Shown in pieces: positions 28,182-36,814 of a DNA stretch of 64,000 nt. How positions within the stretch are numbered: the first letter of the stretch is position 1; every line of letters begins with the position of its first letter. A program made the translations under genes and the position numbers. Origin of the DNA: Ilumatobacteraceae bacterium. Its GTDB lineage: Bacteria > Actinomycetota > Acidimicrobiia > Acidimicrobiales > Ilumatobacteraceae. The stretch is from assembly GCA_963741875.1 (NCBI GenBank), contig CAVUJO010000004.1, forward strand, positions 157,354 to 221,353. The letters run 5' to 3'. A model generated the notes under the pieces. That model was not told the origin of the DNA and made no database searches. It saw only the letters and a list, made by a program, of their open reading frames with translations.

Positions 28182-29126
28182 ATGGCCACCATCTCACCAC
28201 CGCTCGCGGCGTTGATCGCACGCCGGCACGGCATCGTCACCCACGCCGACCTCACCGAGGACGGCTACGGCCGAGAGACGTTGCGCTACCAACTCGACAA
28301 CGGGGTGCTTCTCCCCGTACATCGCGGCGTCTTCCGACTCGCCACATCACCCGACACGTTCGAGAGCCGTTGCGCCGCAGCCTGCCTGGCGGACCCGAGC
28401 GCCATCGTCACCGGGGTCGCAGCAGCACGACTGTGGGAGTTCCGACACGTCGTCCGCACCGAAACACCGGAGTTGCTCGTCGGTCACAACCGCACTCCCT
28501 TGACTCACGGGGTGCTGCTCCGGCGATCGAATGTGATCGACGCCACCGATTCGGTGTGCCGCGAGGACGGCATCGTCGTGGCAAGCCCACCACGGGCATG
28601 GTTCGACTGCGCCCGGGACGTCGACGACGAACGATTCGAGCGTCTCACCGAGTGGGTGCTCGACCACCACACCACGCTGACCACGCTCTGGCGGACCGCT
28701 CGGCGACTGCACTCCAAGGGGCGTCCGGGGCTCGGACGAGTCAATCGAGTCATGTCGCGTCGAGCGGATTGGCAGAAGCCGGCAGGTTCAGGCTTGGAGT
28801 TGCGAGTCCTTCGTGGCCTCGAACGCCGGGGCATCGAACTCGTTCGTCAGTACGCCCTGACACTTCCCAATGGCCAGGTCATCCACCCCGACGGGGCGGA
28901 TCCCGCGATCAAATGGGCGCTCGAGGTCGATCACTCGAGCTGGCACGCCGGCCGACAGGAGGCCCAACGCGACAAGGTCCGTGACCGTGCACTGCGGCGC
29001 ATCGACTGGCAGGTCGACCGGGTGACCGACTACGAACTCGATGACGACTTCGAGGGAACGCTGGACGAACTCGCCGAGATCCACCGGCACCGGTGCCGCG
29101 TGAGCACCGCCACCCGCTTCTCGTGA
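28182..29126 (+). CDS. AbiEi-like N-terminal wHTH plus DUF559 (Vsr-like endonuclease fold) protein
   Basis: ATG 28182 after GGAGGGA; LIARRHGIVTHADL...LLPVHRGVFRL N-terminus and C-terminal ...HPDGADPAIKWALEVDHSSWH...RDRALRRIDWQV typical of the multi-copy actinobacterial family. Confidence 0.75.
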   Translation: MATISPPLAALIARRHGIVTHADLTEDGYGRETLRYQLDNGVLLPVHRGVFRLATSPDTFESRCAAACLADPSAIVTGVAAARLWEFRHVVRTETPELLVGHNRTPLTHGVLLRRSNVIDATDSVCREDGIVVASPPRAWFDCARDVDDERFERLTEWVLDHHTTLTTLWRTARRLHSKGRPGLGRVNRVMSRRADWQKPAGSGLELRVLRGLERRGIELVRQYALTLPNGQVIHPDGADPAIKWALEVDHSSWHAGRQEAQRDKVRDRALRRIDWQVDRVTDYELDDDFEGTLDELAEIHRHRCRVSTATRFS

Positions 29127-29167
29127 ACTCGTGCGGGGATGATTCCCGCACGAGTTCACGAGAACGG
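29117..29167. repeat. 51-nt hairpin element, copy 2 (likely bidirectional terminator)
   Basis: CTTCTCGTGAACTCGTGCGGG-GATGATT-CCCGCACGAGTTCACG-A-GAACGG; 17-bp perfect stem; between convergent stops at 29126 and 29172. Confidence 0.9.
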
Positions 29168-29171
29168 TGGG

Positions 29172-30416
29172 TCAGGCGTCGGTCGGCGGCTTGGGCTCTT
29201 TCGGGAGGCCCAGCACACGTTCGCCGACGATGTTGCGTTGGATCTGGCTCGTGCCACCCCAGATCGTCTCGGAGCGGGAGAAGAAGAATGACGACATCAT
29301 CGGGCTGACCGGGTAGCCGTCGCGACGCTTGTCGCGCGCCGCACCGGGCCAACCGCCCGACTCGGGGCCCGCATCGATGAGCATCCCGTCGGCGCCGTAG
29401 ATGTCGACGGCGAGTTCCATCGCTGCCTTGTGCATCTCCGACCAGAACATCTTGTTGGTCGCACCGAGCGCGATCGTGCCCATGTCACCGCCGCCCGACA
29501 ATGTCGCCGACAGGTTGCGCAACCCGTTGATCTTCAGGATCTGGATCTTGGTGTAGTACTCCATCAAGCGCTGACGGATCAGCGGTTCGTCGACGAGCCC
29601 CTTCTCCGTCGCCGCCTCGACGAGAAGTCGATACTCCTCGGCGAACCGCCGGTAGCCGGTCGTGGCCGACTGGCCGCGCTCGAACGCGAGCGTCGAGTTC
29701 GCAACCTTCCAGCCGTTGTTGACGCCACCGACGACGGCGTCCTTCGCGCATCGAGCGTTGTCGAAGAACACCTCGCAGAACTCAGCGGTGCCGTCGGGCT
29801 GGGTGATCCCGCGTACCTCGACACCCTCTTGGCGCATCGGCACGAGCATGTAGGAGATGCCGGCGTGCTTCTTGACGTCCTGGTCGGTGCGGGTGAGCAG
29901 GAAGCAGTAGTCGGCGTGATGGCCCTGAGTGGTCCACACCTTCTGGCCGTTGATGACCCACTCGTCACCGTCGAGCACGGCGGTGGTCTTCAACGACGCG
30001 AGGTCGGAGCCGGAGTTCGGCTCCGAGAAGCCCTGGCACCAACGCGTGGTCCCCGAGAGGATCCCAGGCAGGAACTCCTTCTTCTGCTCCTCGGTGCCCC
30101 ATTGCAGAATGGTGGGACCGACGAGCGTGTCACCGAAGAAGTCGCCGCGCATCGGCGCCTTCGCGTTGGCGAACTCCTCCGAGAGCACGACACCCTGCAT
30201 CGTGGTGAGGCCCTTGCCGCCGTACTCGGCCGGCCAGGTCGCGCAGATCCAACCGCCTTCGAACAACTTCTGCGGCCATTCCTCGTTGAATTGCTTGCGC
30301 TGCTCGTCGCTCATCTCGAAGCCGTCGTCGAACCACCCGTCGGGCAAGTTGTCGTGCAACCAGTTCTTGATCTCGACGCGGAATGCTTCGGCTTCTGTGG
30401 GATAGGAGAGATCCAT
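29172..30416 (-). CDS. acyl-CoA dehydrogenase
   Basis: ACAD N/M/C domains (GWICATWPAEYGG, WCQGFSEPNSGSDLA, TIWGGTSQIQRNIV); ATG 30416 preferred because the alternative GTG 30437 lies inside a 20-bp palindrome. Confidence 0.85.
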   Translation of the reverse strand: MDLSYPTEAEAFRVEIKNWLHDNLPDGWFDDGFEMSDEQRKQFNEEWPQKLFEGGWICATWPAEYGGKGLTTMQGVVLSEEFANAKAPMRGDFFGDTLVGPTILQWGTEEQKKEFLPGILSGTTRWCQGFSEPNSGSDLASLKTTAVLDGDEWVINGQKVWTTQGHHADYCFLLTRTDQDVKKHAGISYMLVPMRQEGVEVRGITQPDGTAEFCEVFFDNARCAKDAVVGGVNNGWKVANSTLAFERGQSATTGYRRFAEEYRLLVEAATEKGLVDEPLIRQRLMEYYTKIQILKINGLRNLSATLSGGGDMGTIALGATNKMFWSEMHKAAMELAVDIYGADGMLIDAGPESGGWPGAARDKRRDGYPVSPMMSSFFFSRSETIWGGTSQIQRNIVGERVLGLPKEPKPPTDA

Positions 30417-30435
30417 TCCCCCATTCTGCCCCGCC

Positions 30436-30455
30436 ACTTGACCCGCGGGTCAAGT
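30436..30455. promoter_or_regulatory. 20-bp perfect palindrome, candidate operator overlapping a TTGACC -35 box
   Basis: ACTTGACCCGCGGGTCAAGT is its own reverse complement. On the minus strand TTGACC is followed after about 18 nt by CAGAAT and then the ACAD ATG. Confidence 0.45.
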
Positions 30456-30484
30456 TCAACCGAACGACGCGCTCGGCGGGACCA

Positions 30485-30522
30485 TTCACACGCAGGAAAC
30501 ACTTCGGCGACAAGCGAGAAAT
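30485..30522 (+). promoter_or_regulatory. candidate GlnR box (a-n6-b-n6-a-n6-b)
   Basis: TTCAC-acgcag-GAAAC-acttcg-GCGAC-aagcga-GAAAT matches gTnAc-n6-GaAAc repeated twice, about 90 nt upstream of the amtB start. Confidence 0.55.
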
Positions 30523-30612
30523 GCCACACCTTTAGGTTGCGCTCGCAATCCGGGCGGCAATGGCGCCACTGGACTCCGCAATCCCTGTTCCCTATTCCTT
30601 ATTGGAGGACCC

Positions 30613-31983
30613 GTGCGCAAACGTGCGCTGAGAATCACTTCCGGCCTGGGTGGCGTCATCGCCATCTTGGCCATCACCCCATCCGTCGGCCTCGCCCAGG
30701 ACTACGTCCCGACCGCCCAGGACTACCTGAACAACATCTGGGTGTTCATCGCAGGTGTCCTGGTGTTCTTCATGCAGGCGGGCTTCGCGCTCGTCGAGGC
30801 CGGCATGACCCGGGCGAAGAACGTCGTCAACATCTTCGCCAAGAACATGACCGATGCGGTGGTCGGCATCCTCGCCTTCTTCGCGACGGGCTGGGCGTTC
30901 GCGTTCGGCGAGAGCGGTGGCTGGTTCATCGGGACGAGCAACTACTTCCTGACCGACCTCGATCTCGCTGCGATCCCGGAAGGTGGACTGAGCCCGGCGA
31001 CGTCGTTCTTCTTCCAGGCCGTGTTCGCCGCGACAGCGGTCACGATCGCGTCGGGAGCGATGGCGGAACGAACCAAGTTCTGGTCGTACGTGATCTTCTC
31101 GGCGGTGATGTGCGCCTTCATCTACCCGGTCATCGTGCACTGGACGTGGGGCGGCGGTCTCATCGCCGACATCAACATCAACGGCGCGGTGTTCTCCGAC
31201 TTCGCCGGATCCGGCATCGTGCACATGACCGGTGGTATCGCCGCCTTCATGGGTGCGCTGTTCCTCGGTCCCCGCATCGGTCGATATGCAGAGGACGGCT
31301 CCCCGCGCGCCATCCCGGGCCACAACATCCCGTTCGCCATTCTCGGTGTGTTCATCCTGTGGGTGGGCTGGTTCGGGTTCAACCCCGGCTCGGAGCTGAT
31401 CGCTGACGAGTTCGTCTCGACGATCGCTGTCAACACGATGCTCGCCGCGGTCGCCGCCGGTTTCGTGTGCGCCATCACGATCACGCTCGTGGCCGGCAAG
31501 CCGGACCTCGCGATGATCGGCAACGGCGTGCTCGCCGGCCTCGTCGCCATCACCGCCCCGTGCGGCGCGGTCACCCCGCTGATGTCGGTCGTCATCGGAG
31601 GAATCGCAGGCGCGCTGGTCGTCGGCGCGGTCCTGTTCTTCGACAAGGTCAAGATCGACGACCCGGTGGGTGCGATCAGCGTCCACGGCGTCTGCGGACT
31701 CTGGGGCCTGCTGTCGATCGGTCTCTTCGCCACCTACGACGACGCCTTCCTCGGACGCGAGGACGCTGGGCTGTTCTACGGCGGCGGCATCGACCAGCTG
31801 CTCGTGCAGTTGCTGATGGCTGGCATCATCCTCGTCTGGGTGGTCGTCTGCACCGGCATTCTCTTCGGCGTCCTCAAGGCCACGATCGGCCTGCGGGTGA
31901 CTCGCGAGGAAGAGATCGAGGGCCTCGACGTCCTCGAGCACGGCCTCCAGGGCTACGCCCCCGACATGGCTCACACGAGCTGA
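30613..31983 (+). CDS. amtB: ammonium transporter
   Basis: GTG 30613 after GGAGGA; FFMQAGFALVEAG, GSGIVHMTGG, WVGWFGFNPGS, VHGVCGLWG Amt signatures; signal-like N-terminus. Confidence 0.9.
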   Translation: MRKRALRITSGLGGVIAILAITPSVGLAQDYVPTAQDYLNNIWVFIAGVLVFFMQAGFALVEAGMTRAKNVVNIFAKNMTDAVVGILAFFATGWAFAFGESGGWFIGTSNYFLTDLDLAAIPEGGLSPATSFFFQAVFAATAVTIASGAMAERTKFWSYVIFSAVMCAFIYPVIVHWTWGGGLIADININGAVFSDFAGSGIVHMTGGIAAFMGALFLGPRIGRYAEDGSPRAIPGHNIPFAILGVFILWVGWFGFNPGSELIADEFVSTIAVNTMLAAVAAGFVCAITITLVAGKPDLAMIGNGVLAGLVAITAPCGAVTPLMSVVIGGIAGALVVGAVLFFDKVKIDDPVGAISVHGVCGLWGLLSIGLFATYDDAFLGREDAGLFYGGGIDQLLVQLLMAGIILVWVVVCTGILFGVLKATIGLRVTREEEIEGLDVLEHGLQGYAPDMAHTS

Positions 31984-32361
<378 letters not shown>

Positions 32362-32411
32362 ACGCCCGACATCCCACACCGATCGGGACGCATCGTCGCG
32401 TTCCGCCTGTT

Positions 32412-32460
32412 GGTCCCCGAGCCTCCCTTTGCGTCCTCAGAGGGGTCAGGCTCGGGGACC
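32412..32460 (+). terminator. stem-loop terminator after glnK
   Basis: GGTCCCCGAGCCT ... AGGCTCGGGGACC, 13-bp perfect stem, 51 nt after the glnK stop. Confidence 0.6.
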
Positions 32461-32494
32461 TTCGCGTTGGCCGTGGCTGTGGAACCATGAGTGA

Positions 32495-33154
32495 ATGAAA
32501 TCCTTCGGCATCTCCGACGGCATCCACCGCTACGTCGTCATGCATTCGAACCCACGAACGAATCCCGAGGCAGACGATTTGGCCGCGGCCACACGTGAAC
32601 GATTCGGCGATCGCGCCGGCATGAACATCGGCGACGACCAGGGCCGCTTCATGCAGATGCTGGCGGGGGCCATGGGCGCTGAGATGATCGTCGAGGTCGG
32701 CACGTTCACCGGGATGTCCGCACTCTGGCTGGCCAGCGGGCTCGCGCCGGGTGGGCGAATGATCTGCTTCGACCTCGTCGACACCTACCTCGAGACGGCG
32801 AACGAAGCCTGGGGAGCTGCCGGGGTGGCCGACCGGATCGAGATGCGAATCGGTCCAGCCGCGGACGGATTGGCGACCTTGCCGGACGAGCCACACATCG
32901 ACCTCGCGTTCATCGACGCGGACAAAACCGGATACGGCACGTATCTCGACCTGCTCCTCCCACGAATGCGTGACCATGGGATCGTCCTCGTCGACAACGT
33001 GCTCTGGTCCGGCCGAGTGCTCGACGAGACCGACGTCTCGGCCGACACGGTGGCGCTTCGCAGGTTCAACGATCACGTCGCGGAACGCAGCGATTGTGAC
33101 GCCGTCATGCTCACCCTGGGTGACGGCCTCACGATGATCCGTCCACGTCGTTGA
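32495..33154 (+). CDS. class I SAM-dependent O-methyltransferase (caffeoyl-CoA OMT-like, Methyltransf_3)
   Basis: VEVGTFTGMSALWLA SAM motif, DLAFIDADK, VLVDNVLWSGRV. Confidence 0.8.
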   Translation: MKSFGISDGIHRYVVMHSNPRTNPEADDLAAATRERFGDRAGMNIGDDQGRFMQMLAGAMGAEMIVEVGTFTGMSALWLASGLAPGGRMICFDLVDTYLETANEAWGAAGVADRIEMRIGPAADGLATLPDEPHIDLAFIDADKTGYGTYLDLLLPRMRDHGIVLVDNVLWSGRVLDETDVSADTVALRRFNDHVAERSDCDAVMLTLGDGLTMIRPRR

Positions 33155-33175
33155 ACATCGACTGCGGGAGATCCG

Positions 33176-33205
33176 CTTGCGTGTATATATGTAGCCATGT
33201 ATATT
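33176..33205 (+). promoter_or_regulatory. candidate promoter (TTGCGT-18 nt-TATATT) in an AT-rich island
   Basis: The only strongly AT-rich stretch in this neighbourhood; the -10 box ends 7 nt before ATG 33212; also contains a TGTATAT direct repeat (33182, 33198) that could be an ArsR-type operator. Confidence 0.45.
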
Positions 33206-33211
33206 CGGGCC

Positions 33212-33553
33212 ATGCCCGGTGACCTTGCTGTCCTTCACGTGATCGCCGAGCCGACTCGCCGACGGATCCTCGATGCCGTGCGGGGCGGGGAGCGTTCGGT
33301 CACGGAGCTCGTCGATGCCGTTGGCCTGCATCAGCCCGGCGTGTCTCGGCACCTCAAGGTGTTGCGCGACGCGGGCCTCGTCGAGGTCCGCCGTGACGCG
33401 CAGCGCCGGTTGTACCGCTTGCGTGCCGAACCCCTGCGAGAACTCGACGAGTGGCTCGAGCCGTACCGCGCCGAGATGGCCGACCGTCTCGATGCTCTCG
33501 AACGCCACCTCGAACGCACCGCCGCCCCAACTCCCCGACACCGACGAGACTGA
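33212..33553 (+). CDS. ArsR/SmtB-family transcriptional regulator (probably leaderless)
   Basis: LAVLHVIAEPTRRRILDAV...ERSVTELVDAVGLHQPGVSRHLKVLRDAGLV wHTH; ATG 33212 sits 7 nt after a TATATT -10 box; in-frame ATG 33197 is the alternative. Confidence 0.8.
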   Translation: MPGDLAVLHVIAEPTRRRILDAVRGGERSVTELVDAVGLHQPGVSRHLKVLRDAGLVEVRRDAQRRLYRLRAEPLRELDEWLEPYRAEMADRLDALERHLERTAAPTPRHRRD

Positions 33554-33566
33554 AAGAGCGAACCGA

Positions 33567-34106
33567 ATGACCGACGACATCACCCACCGCTACGACGGCG
33601 TGCTCGAACGGACCACCGGCGGCGGAATCATCCGCTTCGAACGGCACCTCGCCTACGACGTCCACGATGTCTGGAACGCCATCACCAGCCCGGAGCGGCT
33701 GGCTGACTGGTGGCTCCCGTTCGACGCCGACATCACGGTTGACCTCCGCGAAGGCGGCGAGATGGTCTTCGCCGGAACGAACGACGGCGAATCGATCAGG
33801 ATGGTCTGCACGATCCTCCGGGTCGAACCGATGCGGCTCTTCGAGCACACCCATCCGGCTCCCGGATCGAGGATGCTCTGGGAACTCGAGGCGGTCGACA
33901 CCGGATGCATCCTCCGCTTGAGCCACACCCTCCCCGACGTCCAAGCGGCGATCGACAACTGCTACCTCGTCGGACTGCAGACCTCGCTCGACCGGCTCGC
34001 ACCCGCGCTCGCAGGCCGTCCCGCACCATGGGACTGGGACACCTTCGGCGCCGACCGAGCGCACTACGCCGACCTCGGCCTCGCCGCCCCGGTGGATGCG
34101 TCGTGA
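33567..34106 (+). CDS. SRPBCC (AHSA1-like) domain protein
   Basis: ATG 33567; FERHLAYDVHDVWNAITSPERLADWW typical of AHSA1/START-like proteins that follow ArsR genes. Confidence 0.75.
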   Translation: MTDDITHRYDGVLERTTGGGIIRFERHLAYDVHDVWNAITSPERLADWWLPFDADITVDLREGGEMVFAGTNDGESIRMVCTILRVEPMRLFEHTHPAPGSRMLWELEAVDTGCILRLSHTLPDVQAAIDNCYLVGLQTSLDRLAPALAGRPAPWDWDTFGADRAHYADLGLAAPVDAS

Positions 34107-34759
34107 GCGGCCCACGCGAGCAGCTCGTGCGAGTGCAGAACTTCATGCTCTCCACCGACGGCTACGGCACCGGCGAGGGGCAGAGCTTCGAGCGACCCTT
34201 CGGCCATGCCGACCCGGCGGTGCTCGCGGCGTGGGCCGGCGCAACGGCGAGCTGGCCCAACCGCACCGACCCGGGCGGCACACGCGGCCTCGACGACTAC
34301 TTCACTCGCGACTACACGAACAACATCGGCGCCGAAATCATGGGTCGCGGCAAATTCGGTCCGCAGAAGGGGCCCTGGGGCGATCTCGAGTGGGAGGGCT
34401 GGTGGGGCGACAACCCACCGTTCCACACGCCGGTCTTCGTGCTGACCCACCACGAACGACCGACGATCACACTGTCGGACACCACCTTCCACTTCATCGA
34501 CGCAGAGCCGACGGAAGCGCTGCGGCAGGCGAAGGCCGCGGCCGACGGCAAGGACGTACGCCTCGGTGGCGGTGTGTCCACGGTGCGCGAGTTCCTCGAC
34601 GCCGACCTCGTCGACACCATGCACGTCGCCGTCGCCCCGATCGAGATCGGACGGGGCGGCAGACTGTGGGAATCACCCGACGACCTACTCGACCGCTTCC
34701 ACCACGAGACGATCCCGAGCCCGAGCGGCATCATCCACCACCTGTTCTGGCACCGATAG
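34103..34759 (+). CDS. dihydrofolate reductase-family protein (RibD C-terminal domain)
   Basis: GTGA overlap with upstream stop; FMLSTDGYGTG..., VFVLTHH..., DVRLGGGVSTVREFLDADLVDTMHVAVAPIEIGRGGRLW. Confidence 0.75.
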   Translation: MSGPREQLVRVQNFMLSTDGYGTGEGQSFERPFGHADPAVLAAWAGATASWPNRTDPGGTRGLDDYFTRDYTNNIGAEIMGRGKFGPQKGPWGDLEWEGWWGDNPPFHTPVFVLTHHERPTITLSDTTFHFIDAEPTEALRQAKAAADGKDVRLGGGVSTVREFLDADLVDTMHVAVAPIEIGRGGRLWESPDDLLDRFHHETIPSPSGIIHHLFWHR

Positions 34760-34884
34760 CGCTCGATCATTCGCCCGTCGGAGCGCATTCCTCGCACGCC
34801 CAGCCCTCGTGCGCCGAACGTGCCTGACTTGCGTTGGGGATTCGCGTGGATGCTGCCATCCGATCACTGGCCGTCAAACGCCCC

Positions 34885-35436
34885 CTACGCTCGGCGCCCG
34901 ACAAACGCAAGCAGCTTCGTCTGGTCATCGGCGTCGTCGGCGACGTCGATGCGCGGACCGAACATGCCGCCGCTGCGCAGAACCTCGTCGGGGATCGAGC
35001 CCATGCTGTCCAGCATCCGCTGAACCTGGTCCGCGTCGAGCGACTCGTCGAGTCCGGCCGCCCGAGCGAGATCCCACGTGTGGATGAAGACGTCTCCAAC
35101 GACAATCATGTCGATGGTGTCGGCGAGCGACTGCGGACCGAACGGGCTCTCGATGGTCCGTGCCGACTGTGACGGATCGTCGAGAGCCGCCGAGAGCGCG
35201 TCGTGCACGGCGATCCAGGCCGCGACCGGATCGTCGTCGACCGACGGGATCGCGCCGAACGCGACTCCATGGGCACCGAAGAAACCCGGGATCCACTCGG
35301 TGAGGTGGCCGACGACGTCGCGGGCGGTCCAACCCGGACAGGGTGAGTCGTCGTTCCATGAATCCGGCGGGACCTGACGCGCCCGATCGGTGAACTGGTT
35401 CGCGATTCTCGTGTAACGCTCGGTGATTTCTTCCAT
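34885..35436 (-). CDS. DinB-like, mycothiol maleylpyruvate isomerase N-terminal domain protein (TIGR03086-like)
   Basis: 183 aa; CPGWTARDVVGHL and DVFIHTWDLARAAG metal-binding motifs. Confidence 0.75.
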   Translation of the reverse strand: MEEITERYTRIANQFTDRARQVPPDSWNDDSPCPGWTARDVVGHLTEWIPGFFGAHGVAFGAIPSVDDDPVAAWIAVHDALSAALDDPSQSARTIESPFGPQSLADTIDMIVVGDVFIHTWDLARAAGLDESLDADQVQRMLDSMGSIPDEVLRSGGMFGPRIDVADDADDQTKLLAFVGRRA

Positions 35437-35572
35437 GGTGAGTCAGACGTTACGACGATGCTGGACTCATCGCCGCCGCCGGTTGCTTCCGACGGCCCGA
35501 GTCCGCGTCAGTGACGGCGGGTGGTCGTGTCACGAGTGGTCGTTCGTGCCCGGGGCACGGTGCGCGTATGTT

Positions 35573-36712
35573 GTGGCCGTGACGGCGTGGACCCGCGACG
35601 CGTTGACGTACGAGACGATGATTCGCCAGGGTCTGTCGTCGCGCCGACAGATCGGGGTTGCCGACGCGGTGCGATCGGTGCTGGCGTTGCAGGCCCAGGA
35701 ACCAGCGGCGCCGTATCTTGCGCTGTGGAATCGCGTCGAGGGCTTCGACGCGAACGACCTCGACCAGGCCTTGGCCGACGGTGCGATCGTGAAGGCGTCA
35801 CTGTTCCGGTTCACGCTGCACGCCGTCGCCGCAGATGACGTTGCGTGGGCGAGGGCCGCCATGCGCGGTCGCGTGCGCGACGCCGGATACCACGACGTCC
35901 TCGACGACATCGGACTGACTCCGCAACGAATCGACGAGATCCTCGAGCGGCTGTCGACGGTGATGGCCGAACCGCACGGCAACGCCGACATGGAACGGGT
36001 GCTCTCCGAGTTCGTACCCGAGGCCGACGACCCGGCCCGACTCTGGTCGGCGCTGCGCGCTGTCGGCGCCTTCCGGCACGCTCCGACGACCGACCCCTGG
36101 TCGTTCGGGCGACGTCCGGCCTTCGTGCCCTGCACGGTTGCCGATGATGACGAACCAGCCGCAACCGCAGAGCTCGTGCGTCGATACCTCACGGCGTTCG
36201 GGCCGGCGACGGTCGCCGACCTGTCGCAGTTCACGATCCTCAAGCGATCGGCCCTCCGAGAGGTCGTCGAGTCGATGGCCGACGTCGTCGCCGTCGCCGG
36301 GCCGGACGGAGCGCAGCTCGTCGACGTGCACGGTGGCGATCCTCGACCGGAGGCCGAGATGGCAACGCTCCCGCCGCGGCTGCTGGGAATGTGGGACAGC
36401 GTGCTGCTGGCGTATGCGGACCGCTCTCGCGTGATCCCCGACGAGCACCGTCCACACGTCATCCGGCGAAACGGCGATGTCCTGCCGACCGTCGTCGTCG
36501 ACGGTCTCGTACGAGGTGTCTGGCGGGCGTCGACCGACGCAATCGAGGTCCGAGCGCTGGAACCGCTGGACGATGCCGCCCTCGAGAGTCTGGACAACGA
36601 GGCGCGTGACCTGCGACGACTCCTGGCCGACCGGGAGCCCGCGGTGTTCTCCCGGTTCGCGCGTTGGTGGGATCGTCTGCCCGACGGTCCGACGATCACG
36701 ATCGGTGCCTGA
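35573..36712 (+). CDS. winged-helix DNA-binding domain protein (DUF1006; YcaQ/AlkZ-like DNA glycosylase family)
   Basis: VLALQAQEPAAPYLALWNRV, IVKASLFRFTLHAV blocks; GTG 35573 or 35579 as start. Confidence 0.65.
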   Translation: MAVTAWTRDALTYETMIRQGLSSRRQIGVADAVRSVLALQAQEPAAPYLALWNRVEGFDANDLDQALADGAIVKASLFRFTLHAVAADDVAWARAAMRGRVRDAGYHDVLDDIGLTPQRIDEILERLSTVMAEPHGNADMERVLSEFVPEADDPARLWSALRAVGAFRHAPTTDPWSFGRRPAFVPCTVADDDEPAATAELVRRYLTAFGPATVADLSQFTILKRSALREVVESMADVVAVAGPDGAQLVDVHGGDPRPEAEMATLPPRLLGMWDSVLLAYADRSRVIPDEHRPHVIRRNGDVLPTVVVDGLVRGVWRASTDAIEVRALEPLDDAALESLDNEARDLRRLLADREPAVFSRFARWWDRLPDGPTITIGA

Positions 36713-36814
36713 ACACGGACATGTCCACGGCGTTGTGCACCAGGCGTTTCGGCGACGGCGCACGCCACGCGAGCGCCTCACCCCACGTCTTCCGAGTGGA
36801 ACCTCTCGGTTCCC

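Noticed and set aside
27755-28255. Minus-strand ORF upstream of the ATP-grasp operon, considered as a possible precursor peptide or substrate gene
   Set aside because: It overlaps the start of the DUF559 gene on the opposite strand and runs through the hairpin element (the peptide RSRELVRGLFPHEFT is simply the translated palindrome). It has no RBS or sensible codon bias.
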